From Bythopirellula sp. (GTDB lineage: Bacteria > Planctomycetota > Planctomycetia > Pirellulales > Lacipirellulaceae), in assembly GCA_965216565.1 (NCBI GenBank), contig OZ244170.1:1408001-1472000 (forward strand): DNA of 64,000 nt, written 5' to 3'. Positions 29,396 through 39,599 of the stretch are shown here, piece after piece. Made by a program: the position numbers and the translations under genes. Under the pieces are notes generated by a model. It was not told the origin of the DNA. It saw nothing but the letters and a program-made list of their open reading frames with translations, and did not search any database. How positions within the stretch are numbered: the stretch's first letter is position 1; each line of letters begins with the position of its first letter.

Positions 29396-30968
29396 TACTA
29401 TTTTTACCGTTGCCGTATTGGCACTGCTCGCAGGAATTGTATGGACCTACGAGAAGTATCGAGGGACAGACCTCAGCAGGCTTCCGCAACAATCTACCCG
29501 TCTTACAAGAATCACTGAGCAAGAAGTCACTGGCTCCGGACATACAACACCGGTGGCGTTGGCATCCTCTAATGCAGCGTCGAGACCAATCAATCGCGAA
29601 GCCTATCGTAAGAATTCAATTGTCCCACCCTATGAGCAGGAAGGTTTGACACTCTACCCGACCATTGAAAAGGGAATGCGGACGCCTTTCGATTTATGGC
29701 GTTACTACGGACGAGGCGTAACGTCTTTTGGTTCACCGGTGTTACCAATGCGGTTTGACCAATGGTTAGATTTTCACCGGAAGCAGAAGCCAAAGCTAAT
29801 GGAGGATGTGCGCGAGTATATGGAGAGTCGCTTCGATTTCTCGGAAACGCCAATTGCCAATACGTTCATGTCTGGCGGCAAACCGATTATGAAAGGCCCG
29901 GTCGCACGACTCGAAGGAGGCGTAGAAACGTACGAGGAACTCGCAGCGATGTCGGTCGCTGAAATTCGACGACGGGATGTTTTTCCCTACAAACCGCTGG
30001 CGCACCCACTGCAATCGACCGCTCACATGGTGTTTCCTCGGGAATGGGTCAAAGTCCACCCTGAGCATGAGCGGATCGACGTCGATATGGACTTCCCAGA
30101 AGCCTATCTGCCTGAGTTCCCGCCGCCGCTGTTCTTAACTACTCACAAAGAGCTCGGCGATGTAACCAATGGCCGCGAGGTGACCATCGACAATTTTTTC
30201 GAAATCTTCGATGGTTTGCTGACACCGGAGCAGATGGAGGGCTTGAAAGAATTATTGCGTCCCACACCGACTACTTGGTTCAACCACACAACCCATCGAA
30301 TTACAGAACACCCGTCGAAGGGGGTTGCCTGCTTCGATTGCCACGTCAATGGTCATACCAATGGTGCATTCGAATTAGGCCCGGATGCACGTCCCAACAT
30401 GGCCAGGCTGCGCGTAGATACGCCCACAATGCGTGGCAACTACAACCTTATGCAGCTCTCCTCCAAGCGATCGATTAGAAGCATGGACCATTTCGCGGAG
30501 GTCGAAGAGTATTTTGATGGCGATCCGGGCATGCAACAATCTCTAGGTCCGCGTGCGGCAAAGCGTGAGGTGACCAATCGAATGGCCGACTTCAACGCAA
30601 TCATCGACTATCCACCCGCTCCGAAGTTGAATCCGTTGATGCGGCTCATTCCAGAACTGGCGACCGAACAGGAACTGAGAGGAGAAGAGCTGTTCCACGG
30701 TAAGGCGCAGTGTGCGAAGTGTCACTATGGTCCTGCCTTCGTCGATGACTACATGCACGATTTGAAGCTGGAGCGATTCTTTGTTTGCCGACCGGAAGGA
30801 CCCATCAAGACTTTCCCTCTACGTGGCATAAAAGATACACCACCTTACTTGCATGACGGCCGTTGCCCAACGCTTCACGACGTAGTGGAGTTCTTCAATC
30901 TGGTGCTTGAGTTACATCTAACGAAGCAAGAAAAAGAAGATCTTGTTGCATATATGCTCTGCCTTTAG
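29376..30968 (+). CDS. Di-heme cytochrome c peroxidase/MauG-like protein
   Basis: N-terminal TM; CFDCH and CAKCH heme motifs; PLRGIKDTPPYLHDG. Confidence 0.85.
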   Translation: MSKFLPNTIFTVAVLALLAGIVWTYEKYRGTDLSRLPQQSTRLTRITEQEVTGSGHTTPVALASSNAASRPINREAYRKNSIVPPYEQEGLTLYPTIEKGMRTPFDLWRYYGRGVTSFGSPVLPMRFDQWLDFHRKQKPKLMEDVREYMESRFDFSETPIANTFMSGGKPIMKGPVARLEGGVETYEELAAMSVAEIRRRDVFPYKPLAHPLQSTAHMVFPREWVKVHPEHERIDVDMDFPEAYLPEFPPPLFLTTHKELGDVTNGREVTIDNFFEIFDGLLTPEQMEGLKELLRPTPTTWFNHTTHRITEHPSKGVACFDCHVNGHTNGAFELGPDARPNMARLRVDTPTMRGNYNLMQLSSKRSIRSMDHFAEVEEYFDGDPGMQQSLGPRAAKREVTNRMADFNAIIDYPPAPKLNPLMRLIPELATEQELRGEELFHGKAQCAKCHYGPAFVDDYMHDLKLERFFVCRPEGPIKTFPLRGIKDTPPYLHDGRCPTLHDVVEFFNLVLELHLTKQEKEDLVAYMLCL

Positions 30969-31159
30969 GCTCCTCAATTAGATCGCTGCGAACAGAGAAG
31001 CTTCCGGAGGTTTGTCTTCGCAAGCCGTGGCACTTGGCCAGTATCGCAATACTGCCATTCAAAAGAGTAGACAAAGAATCTAGCGTAGTGTATTTTCGCA
31101 ATCTGTCGAAAGGCGCGCGGATTTGAGGGCGAAGCAAGTTGATCTCACGTCGAGTAGTA

Positions 31160-32164
31160 CTATCTTTGCAGTTGTTCTTGACCACGCGACACGTCACGAA
31201 ACTGTTGGTGGCACGATTTGCAGTTGGCCCCGATACGAGCGAAGTGTCTTGAGAATGAGTCAGCTCGGTGAGGGGCTGTCCCAACGGATTCCCGCTCGTG
31301 GAGTTCTTTTTCGAGACGTTGGGCAGCTTGTGCCGATTCTTGCAAAAGTTGTTTGAATTCTTTGTTCCGTAGCCACTCAGAATCCAAACGTAACAGTTCG
31401 CTGAAGTGTTCTCTTAACAACAATGCCTCATGAACTGGGTCAAGGTCGGGGTGGTCCGTCGGCGCCTTCCACCTGGCAGCTTCGACAGCTTTCAATCGGT
31501 CGTGCGTCTGCTCAATTGCCACCATCGCTTCAGCCATCGGTGGAACATCAACAGTTTCGTGAAACTCAATAGAGAATTCTAGTAGTTCTGTTTCATCTAT
31601 TGGCTCGACGTGCCTGACCGCCTTGAACAAATCACGATACTCTGGGCTCGTACCCGCAAGTTCCAATACCTTCAAGCCGTCTGCTGGTGCCAACTCTCCA
31701 GCTGCAATGCAGGCAACTGCTGCCGCTGCGGGACTGCGATGTTTGCCGTGATGGCAATGAATATAGATAGAGCCATCCAAGCTTCTTGTCCCTTTGGCCA
31801 GTTCCTTCACTCGTAGCTGTGGAATGCCATCGTAGCCATGAGGCAGGTGTACGTAGCGGAGACCGTATTTTTTTGCTGATTCAACTTCTGGCTTCTTCCC
31901 ATCTACGCTAACGATGGTTCTAACACCCATAGAGTGAAGTTCTTTGAAACCTGCGTCTCCTTCTGGCGTACCCCCAGAAATTACCTTGCTGTGAACACGC
32001 ACTGCGTTTGGGAGATGTTGAGTGTCCATTCTTTGAGGTAGGTTTCTTTCATCTCTTGTCTGCTTTGTCGTTTCTGCATTCGAACGGTGTGCAGCTGGCC
32101 AGATGTATATTTGCCAACAGACAAATAAGAGCAGCATGCAAACAATCTGTGAGAGCCTTAACAT
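31160..32164 (-). CDS. Exported PTP/DUF442-like domain fused to a cytochrome c'-like domain
   Basis: Signal/TM, HCHHGKHRS (CX5R) loop, helical C-terminus ending in CKSCHQQFRD. Confidence 0.7.
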   Translation of the reverse strand: MLRLSQIVCMLLLFVCWQIYIWPAAHRSNAETTKQTRDERNLPQRMDTQHLPNAVRVHSKVISGGTPEGDAGFKELHSMGVRTIVSVDGKKPEVESAKKYGLRYVHLPHGYDGIPQLRVKELAKGTRSLDGSIYIHCHHGKHRSPAAAAVACIAAGELAPADGLKVLELAGTSPEYRDLFKAVRHVEPIDETELLEFSIEFHETVDVPPMAEAMVAIEQTHDRLKAVEAARWKAPTDHPDLDPVHEALLLREHFSELLRLDSEWLRNKEFKQLLQESAQAAQRLEKELHERESVGTAPHRADSFSRHFARIGANCKSCHQQFRDVSRGQEQLQR

Positions 32165-32235
32165 GGCTTTGACCTAGAAGAATGGATTCCCTACGCAAGC
32201 AACAACATTCTACCGGCGAGAGTATTCGTCGTCGA

Positions 32236-33564
32236 CTAACCACGAGTCGGGTCGCTGCCGTCCGTCAAGGGCTGCCGTGCGATAGAGTCTGAAAGCTTGA
32301 CGAACAGCAAACTTGTCATCAATCCAATTACAGAGAACACCGCGACCACGAAGAAAACATGACGATGACCAACAGCTCCCGGTGAGCTGTCTAGCAAATG
32401 GCCAATCAACGGTCCCATGAATATGTCCGGGGTATAGCCTATGACAGAAACAAGACCGACGGCACTGCCTGTGTAGGCCAGTGGCACTTGCCCCTCTTCC
32501 ATGATGGCGTAGTAGAGCCCTCGCAGAGCAAAAATTCCTAAGCTGGCACAGACGATGGTAAGAATGTAGGGGACATACATCGAGGCAGACAGGACACTTG
32601 TTGCCAGGACCGAACTTCCCGCAATAAGCAGAGCAAAACTGACTGCGGTCATTTTCCCAGCACCGAATCGGTCGGCCAGAAAACCGGCAGCGATTGCCGC
32701 TAGAGGACGCATCCACAGAGAATACGTGCCGACTCTTGCAGCTTCAACTTCATTGACCAGCAAGACCTCTTTAGCATAGAGCGAGAAATCATCGGTCGCT
32801 TTGAAGCCAACATAGGCACAAATAATGATGATTGCCTGCAGCCAGACGGTCGGCATCGTCAGAATCTTCCATGAGCCAACGAATGTCCAGCCAGGAATGT
32901 TGGATGATTCTCTGGTAGTTTGTTTCGGTAGAAGTAGCCAGATGGATATTGCTGCGAGGAAAGTTATGCTTGCAAGAATAAAAACCACTTGTTGCAAAGC
33001 TTGCGTTCTAACTTCCAAAGAGGCTGATTCAACGTTATCAGGCAACAAACTTGCATAGAGGGCTACCATGAGAGAGCCAGTAACCGCTGTGAGCAAGCCC
33101 CGACCGCCATCAAGTAGGCCGAATGCGGAACCCTGAGCTAGTTTGCCACCCCACTGTCTAGTTGCTCGAATCAAAGCCGCCCAAAAAAGAGCAATGGTCG
33201 TGAATCCCCAGTAGGCATAGAGCATCTTGAGTTCGGTATGTGAGGGACTCTTACAAAGTACTATTCCTCCAAGCGATGTAGTGACCAAGGCTGTCGAAAG
33301 TAGCTTACGCGGACAGAAGTAATCGGCCAGAGGTCCTCCCAAAGCGTAAGCCACCATCGCAACGACACCATACCATGCAAATGCGGTCCCAATTTCGTAG
33401 TTGGTGAGCCCGAAAACTTCTAAAATGGTCGGGCGGAATACACGAGGCAGGACGAACGGCAGGAAGAATATCGATTCACCAGCGACAATCAACGCGAACA
33501 ACGCCAAGGCACGACGGGATTGAGACAGCTGTGCGAATTCGTTCTGGCTGTCTGCAGCACTCAA
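32236..33564 (-). CDS. MFS transporter
   Basis: ~12 TM segments; GGPLADYF and GFLADRFG motif A copies. Confidence 0.9.
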   Translation of the reverse strand: MSAADSQNEFAQLSQSRRALALFALIVAGESIFFLPFVLPRVFRPTILEVFGLTNYEIGTAFAWYGVVAMVAYALGGPLADYFCPRKLLSTALVTTSLGGIVLCKSPSHTELKMLYAYWGFTTIALFWAALIRATRQWGGKLAQGSAFGLLDGGRGLLTAVTGSLMVALYASLLPDNVESASLEVRTQALQQVVFILASITFLAAISIWLLLPKQTTRESSNIPGWTFVGSWKILTMPTVWLQAIIIICAYVGFKATDDFSLYAKEVLLVNEVEAARVGTYSLWMRPLAAIAAGFLADRFGAGKMTAVSFALLIAGSSVLATSVLSASMYVPYILTIVCASLGIFALRGLYYAIMEEGQVPLAYTGSAVGLVSVIGYTPDIFMGPLIGHLLDSSPGAVGHRHVFFVVAVFSVIGLMTSLLFVKLSDSIARQPLTDGSDPTRG

Positions 33565-34340
33565 TCGACTACCCCGATTGACTCCAGGAAGTCGAGAGGA
33601 ATCGAAGCCGTCAATCTTCCTACCAACGCGAAATACTTAAGTGGGACCCCCTCCATGGAGAGACGATGGGTGTAACGTTCCAATTGGTAAACGTCTAAGT
33701 ATTCTGAAAAAATCAGCTCACGAACAAAGCGAGAGAAACCCGTATCGTCGGAATGGTCCAGGAACGTTTCCTTGATATTGAAGGCTACCCAGCCGTCTGT
33801 GCGAAGAAACTTCAGAGCCGTAAAGAAAGCTCTTGGCGGAATATCGCCGAATCCGAGTGCAGCTACTGAAGTGAGGCAATCGAAACGCCATTCCTCTAAT
33901 TCTTCACGACGCTCATTACTCAAGTTTGTAAAGTCGGCAACGACATAGTCATCGTAAGCCGTAGGGCGGTCGCGATGCGCAGCGTCTCGGGCTTCCGAGA
34001 GAATGTCGGCTCCGATAATCCTGGCGACCCCCATACTGCGGAGACGGTCGGCCATCATGCCGTTCCCGGCTCCGAGGTCGAGCACTCGCAACTCGGTGCA
34101 ATTGACCCATTCAGAAGTCAGGCTGTCCTGCAACAACTCCGAAACTTTTTTTGGAGAGGTACATTTGAGCCGTTCGTAGAAAAGCTGTTCGTAGAGACCA
34201 GGCTTAGAAAAGATGCGGTCATAATCATGAAAGAGGATTTTTCGTGCTGAGCCGTCCTCAATCAAAATAAAGTAGGCCTCATCCTGCTCAAGGTCATGTT
34301 CTTGCTCAGGTGGAAATTGAATTCGGTATCTGGAAGGCAT
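33561..34340 (-). CDS. Class I SAM-dependent methyltransferase
   Basis: VLDLGAGNG; stop overlaps the MFS start. Confidence 0.88.
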   Translation of the reverse strand: MPSRYRIQFPPEQEHDLEQDEAYFILIEDGSARKILFHDYDRIFSKPGLYEQLFYERLKCTSPKKVSELLQDSLTSEWVNCTELRVLDLGAGNGMMADRLRSMGVARIIGADILSEARDAAHRDRPTAYDDYVVADFTNLSNERREELEEWRFDCLTSVAALGFGDIPPRAFFTALKFLRTDGWVAFNIKETFLDHSDDTGFSRFVRELIFSEYLDVYQLERYTHRLSMEGVPLKYFALVGRLTASIPLDFLESIGVVD

Positions 34341-35035
34341 GGGTTCCTATAACGACGTGGGAGGAGTTGCTGAAATCTCCACGACGCGGCAGGCGAATCC
34401 TTTGCTGAACAAAATCGCTTGGCCACTCGCGGTGAAAACCATCATTATGCAAATAATCGTCGTGTTTTGTAGTGCTGCTAGATACTCGAATAACGTAGGG
34501 TAAGTTGAATGTGAAGCAAGCATCGAAAAAATAAGACCTCAGCAACTCGAAGAAAGAACTGCGGACGATGAGACGAAGAACGGTTGCAGACACTGACAGT
34601 GTTTCGCCTTGTTGCTTGCCGGTGTCTATTGCGTCGTAATCAGCTGAAAGGACATCATTGGAGCTCGCACCGGTTGTTCCGGCCCGAGGCTAGAAACGGC
34701 GAAGTGCTTCGTGCAGCCGGCTGAGCATATCGACGCGAGATCAGGTGCCGTTTCCAGTTGTCGGCTGATAAATCGCTGTTGATTCAAGAGTACAGAATCC
34801 AGCGTCGGTGGGTTTCACGAATGGCACTAACTTAAGCAGCTCGATTTTCGGAGGCCAGTTCTGTGGGGTTGTTCATTGGATGACAGCATCTATCAGTTTG
34901 CTGCTGAATGACTCGTGTGGCGTACTTTTCAGCCACTCCGTACGTTGACAAGTAGAAGACCTGGGCTGATCTCGCAATTATGCGCGCACCGATGTCGTGA
35001 ATTACGACTAAGATTTGCCGTTTGACACCAATGCT

Positions 35036-36460
35036 TTAGAACCAGCGTGAGCGGTTCTTCTTCATCTTGGCGATATTTCGAGGTTGCATCAGCATGGCCG
35101 ATTTTCTAGCGTTCCGTTTGCGGGCGCGCGGTTCCCAGCGCCCGGGACGGTTGCCGACACGATGGTAGGCGATAGTCGTAAGCATCGCATCAAGGAGCGA
35201 TACTCGCTGCTCTGGTCTGGCAGCCTCTAGCTTGGGCGCGAAGGCCGTCACTGCTTGCTTCGTTCCCTTGAAACTCAGCTGACGCGGCTCGATGTCGCTT
35301 TGCTCGGCAGCAACAGCCATCACCGTGCGAAGCAGATTGTACGCCAACAAGTGTGCCCACAGTTCTTTGCGAATCATGTCGGGTGTCTTGCAGCGCAGGA
35401 TGTCCATCTGCATCGAGATTTTAATCGAGCGCAGATCGACTTCTCCTGCCCACCTCCGATCATAGAGATCACCGATTTGTTTACCATCGATCGATTTGGC
35501 GAGAATCGTAGTCACAACTTTAAATGACTCCGAGCGACTATTCTCCGATGGGTCCACCGTCACTTGCCGCATGACGATTGTTTTTGGGTAGTGGCGATAC
35601 TCTTCTTTCGTCATGTCGTGAGGCCTAGTGGGCCGAGGCCAAACGATGAGATCACCATCCGGCGTGCTCTCTAAAGTTTGTATGCCCACGCGCTCGTATT
35701 GGGCATGGGCTACGAGGTCGATGCCACCTTGGCACAGATCCCACGCGAGATAATAGTCGTCGAACAAGGCATCAGCGAGCAGCACATCCCCCGGTTGGAG
35801 CTTGTCGAACATCTTGCGGAGTAGGCTTTTTTCGCCCGTCCCTTTACCGCGGTAAGCGGCGACTCCCAAATCGTGACACGCACCGGTTGCCAGTGACAAC
35901 AAGACCGTGATGCGAGCCAGTGGAAACCCGAGTCCCGGTTTCTGAGTACGCGGCTGCGGATATTCCGCTTGGTTCTCGGCAGTGTCCGGCATTGAAACGT
36001 GAGAACCGTCGACAATGTACACCGAGCGGCCATTCCACTTCCACGGATCGGGCACCGACTGCTGCAGCTCCTCGGCGGTTCGCTTCGCCAAAATAGAGAG
36101 AACCTCACCAGGAAGGCGACTTCTGGCTTTGCAATAACTGGCCGTGTTGGGTGAACAAACGGTTTCACCACAAGCTGCACGGTGTGCAATGACTTGCGAC
36201 ACGGCATCGCGACAACTGTGGTCTTCGCTGAGCACTTGGCTCAAGAATCCCCAGATCGTTGTCACCGGATTGAACATGCGGTCTCGATATTCGACCCCTT
36301 GTTGCTGAAGCACTTCTCGGATGTTCGCCTCAGTCAGAGTATCGGTGAACGGAAGACCCTCGTTGCATGCAAAGCGCGCACGTACCTCTTCTAAGCTCGG
36401 CATGGGAATCGCCTGTGTTGGAAAAACGGCTCCAGCCGCCTCAATGCAGGCGGTTCCCAT
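35036..36460 (-). CDS. IS4 family transposase
   Basis: YIVDGS, LLADALF, YDRRWAGEVDLRSIK (YREK-like motif). Start may be 36403. Confidence 0.93.
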   Translation of the reverse strand: MGTACIEAAGAVFPTQAIPMPSLEEVRARFACNEGLPFTDTLTEANIREVLQQQGVEYRDRMFNPVTTIWGFLSQVLSEDHSCRDAVSQVIAHRAACGETVCSPNTASYCKARSRLPGEVLSILAKRTAEELQQSVPDPWKWNGRSVYIVDGSHVSMPDTAENQAEYPQPRTQKPGLGFPLARITVLLSLATGACHDLGVAAYRGKGTGEKSLLRKMFDKLQPGDVLLADALFDDYYLAWDLCQGGIDLVAHAQYERVGIQTLESTPDGDLIVWPRPTRPHDMTKEEYRHYPKTIVMRQVTVDPSENSRSESFKVVTTILAKSIDGKQIGDLYDRRWAGEVDLRSIKISMQMDILRCKTPDMIRKELWAHLLAYNLLRTVMAVAAEQSDIEPRQLSFKGTKQAVTAFAPKLEAARPEQRVSLLDAMLTTIAYHRVGNRPGRWEPRARKRNARKSAMLMQPRNIAKMKKNRSRWF

Positions 36461-36573
36461 GCGCTAGGCGAAGCATTGTCATGTGGTTGGTTACTGCAAC
36501 CAAACCTTACTGTCACTCGTTACGTAGACTAATTGTGAAATGGTTCGTTGAACTTCAAGGCACGGAGGAAATC

Positions 36574-36789
36574 ATGCCAGCAGAAAATGTGATGAACAAC
36601 ATTCGCAGCGCCTTTGAACACTCAGGATTAACGCTCACCCAGCTGGGCCAGGGCTTGGGCTACGAAGGCCCAACCGCAAAGAAAAGAGCGTGGAATCTGC
36701 TCTATCGCACAGCGAATCCCAGGATCTCAACCGTGATCACTGTCGCCGATACGCTGGGAGTCAAAATAAGTAAGCTAACCAAGCAGTGA
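36574..36789 (+). CDS. Small XRE-like HTH protein inside the IS4 element
   Basis: GGAGG RBS; SGLTLTQLGQGLG...NPRISTVITVADTLGV. Confidence 0.75.
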   Translation: MPAENVMNNIRSAFEHSGLTLTQLGQGLGYEGPTAKKRAWNLLYRTANPRISTVITVADTLGVKISKLTKQ

Positions 36790-37176
36790 TGCACAGGAAT
36801 GCTTAAGTTAGTGCCATTCGTGGGTTTCACCGACGCTGGAAAGTGGTCCGTTAGTTTACCCCCCAATTCAACCTGCAACGCCAATTAACAGGCATTCCTG
36901 CGCTAGTTCATGGTGTCAATTCGATGGCAGGGTCCCACCTCCAAAATCGAACACGAAAGCAGCCTGCGAATCTGACGACATCATCAATAATCGAACGATC
37001 GTGACACAACGGTCATCAAAATCCGATGCATCAGCAGACAAGCCAGTCCCTCGACTACCACAGCTTTCTCATCCTAATCACCACCATCAAGCTGACCAAC
37101 CACGCCGTCTCAGCAGGATAAGCTGCAGCCACGGCACCAGCTAGCAAGAAGTAGAACAGGAACATTGGTACGTACA

Positions 37177-37860
37177 TCAGGCGGCCTCCTTGCTATTTGA
37201 TCCGATAGCCGGCTCTCCAAATGGCTTTACGATCTTTCGCCGCAGCCGCAAAGCAGAATGGGGCACTGGCTCATACCCGATCCGAGTCCGAGCATCGTTT
37301 ACGACGCGGAGCAGCTTCAGCAGTTGCCTCCGCACCGGAGCATATCGAGAATATGGCACACGGGCAAAGTCGATCGCTAAATTTTCAACACTACGATGGC
37401 AAGCGCGTTCTAGGAAAAACGCTTTGAGGTCGCGGTAGGTTTCAACATCGATTCTGACACTGGCATGCCACTTAGGTGGCCCACCCCCCGTTGGCATCAC
37501 TCCGCTACGCCGGTAGCTGATCGAGTAACCTTCAAATCGAATCGGCACGCGGCGGCAATCGCGAATCTGATTCCGCTCTTGTTGCTTGAACCGATGATGC
37601 CCCTCGGTCGCCATGATGACAAACCAGTTTTCATAGCGGATATATTGTAGGTTTGCGATACCTCGCCGCTTGCGGCGTGACCGCTCGCGATCACTGATCG
37701 CAATGCCATACTTCTCGATGAGCTTCGAATCAATCGCCTGAGGATTCTTACCAGGCTTGATCCGGCCCGAAACATAAAACCAGTACCCGTGACGCAAGTA
37801 ACTGACGGCCACTTGCTGCACGAGTCCTTCAGGGGATGTTGCGATGCACCGATACTGCAT
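37177..37860 (-). CDS. Basic hypothetical protein downstream of the structured region
   Basis: GGAGG RBS; 227 aa, Arg/Tyr-rich (RERSRRKRRGIAN); function not recognised. Confidence 0.75.
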   Translation of the reverse strand: MQYRCIATSPEGLVQQVAVSYLRHGYWFYVSGRIKPGKNPQAIDSKLIEKYGIAISDRERSRRKRRGIANLQYIRYENWFVIMATEGHHRFKQQERNQIRDCRRVPIRFEGYSISYRRSGVMPTGGGPPKWHASVRIDVETYRDLKAFFLERACHRSVENLAIDFARVPYSRYAPVRRQLLKLLRVVNDARTRIGYEPVPHSALRLRRKIVKPFGEPAIGSNSKEAA

Positions 37861-37889
37861 GGGCCTCCGCTTCGTTTATTCGCTTACAA

Positions 37890-39477
37890 AATGGTGTGGG
37901 GTTAGGTTTCGGCCAACCCCACAAAAGCCGTTCCTCGCGGAAAATCCTTGCTGGCAAGAAGCAAGCTCTCAGAGCCGGCACGCAGCAACCAGACAAAGGT
38001 CGCCTACGTGCAAGCATGCTGAGCATCGCTTCTGTTGGCGGGCACTAAAGCGTGTATGCGTCACTAGTTTCCTCAGTGACCACGCCCAATACATAGTGCC
38101 CGCACGATAAAACCTTCGCCGGACGCGTCACCGTGCAGAAAACGCACGGGTAGCGTCCGTCGTCAGTCTGCCGCCAGAAGTGGCTGCTCTTCCAAGAAGC
38201 CACCTCTAGCCGCATGCTGCCAGCCAGGTTGACCGAAACGCACAAAAACGTCTCGGCCGCACATCTCTTGACGGGGCCTTCGATTGCAAATCGCAATCTG
38301 GCTACCCCTCAGTCCTTTCGTTCCAGCTCGCTGAAGCATCACCTTCAGGTCAACACTGACGGGCCGCGACTGCCTTGCCGCGCACGGTGAGAACACCATG
38401 TCTGAACCTTCGCCCAGATCACCGCGAGAGCTTCCGCTCTCGTATCTAATCAGACCACTCTCCCCCACAACGGCGTTTGGCGGCGTCGCCGCTACTTCTA
38501 CCTTGTTGACCAAACAAGGCGCCGGGTCGCCAAACCCGGAGGCCGCTGTGGTTCCTGCGTTAGCATCGGTCTTCAACTCTGAGGTCACGTCGCTAGGGCG
38601 GGTTAGCGCCCGATCCATGTGGGTAGGTGCGGCCTTCCGGCACGTCCTACTTTCCCGACCAACTTGGTCGGATTTCCCCCTACGAAACTAGAAGCTCGGG
38701 GTAACGCTCCCACACAGACGTTCGCGGTTCGGCTACGTCTCCTCAGAATCTTACTGGCAAGCCCTCTCTTACCTTTTCGATTGGGCCTTTCATGGTTGAG
38801 CTTTTCACGGTCGGGCATTTAACCCGATCCCCGGAGTAGTCAACTCCGGTTTGGCCTGTCGCCAGGCTCAAAACTCCCCACGCCAGCCGCGTTGAACGAA
38901 CTCGCTTGCGCAAGCCCGGACCCCACGGGCGGGATTTTCACCCACTTTGGTTGCCGATCGTTCGGCAACGAGGCGGTCGATTGCTCGACTCACCTCACCG
39001 ACACGGCCTTGTTCGTTCGATTTTAGAGAACGAAGGCAAGGTTTTTCCGCATCGCCCAACTTCGTTGTCTGTCGCCTCGCGTGGAGGCCAGACCCTGCAT
39101 TTCCATTCCCGCGATACTGCGTGCGGGTAGGTCAGCATCTATTGGATAGAACGTCGGGATTGTTCCTTGACCGCATCACTTCTCTCTTACAACGAGAGCT
39201 TGCGACGCGCGGGTTTTACTCCGACGAGCCTCCATTGAACTGAGCGAGCCACTCTCATGGCACTCAGCTCGAAGGGTCAGCATGAGCGTTTGGCAACGCC
39301 AGGGAGTTGGCAACTCCCGGCCCTTATCCTCGATTGATGAGATCGAGATTCCTGGGCCTGCTGTCCCCATCAAGAGACATCAGCTCGCCCTCGTTATTCA
39401 CAGCTTTATGATTGACCGCGTCTTTCGAGGGCTGCGTTGTGCATGAGCTAACGACCGCCGGTCAAACTGCGACCGAC
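37890..39477 (-). ncRNA. Candidate large structured non-coding RNA (~1.6 kb)
   Basis: About 20 hairpins, nested multi-way junctions, GNRA loops and G-U wobbles that only work on the minus strand; no credible long ORF. Boundaries are approximate. Confidence 0.6.
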
Positions 39478-39483
39478 GAGTCA

Positions 39484-39513
39484 GCTATAGCGTACAACAT
39501 CCATCAAGATCAA
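39484..39513 (-). promoter_or_regulatory. Possible sigma70-like promoter for the structured RNA
   Basis: TTGATC-N18-TATAGC on the minus strand, ~7 nt before the first hairpin. Confidence 0.3.
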
Positions 39514-39599
39514 TCAGTGATTCGCTCAGAAATCGCTCAGCATCTCTGCCTGGATATCCGCCTCCTCCTAACCCTCCTATGCGGACTAAAGGACCACTC

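Larger units (their letters stand above)
34819..36819 (-). mobile_element. Complete IS4-family element (2001 bp)
   Basis: Perfect 20-bp TIR GAATGGCACTAACTTAAGCA (34819-34838 / 36800-36819) and 11-bp TSD GTGGGTTTCAC (34808-34818 / 36820-36830). Confidence 0.93.

Noticed and set aside
37829..39373. Short ORFs on both strands (e.g. 38163-38618, 38045-38296, 38947-39243)
   Set aside because: No recognisable motifs, and they overlap one another; the dense base-pairing is a better explanation of the region.
37890..39477. Group II intron, retron or HEARO/omega RNA
   Set aside because: I found no convincing domain V or intron ends, and no RT, IscB or TnpB ORF nearby. A covariance-model search is still needed.
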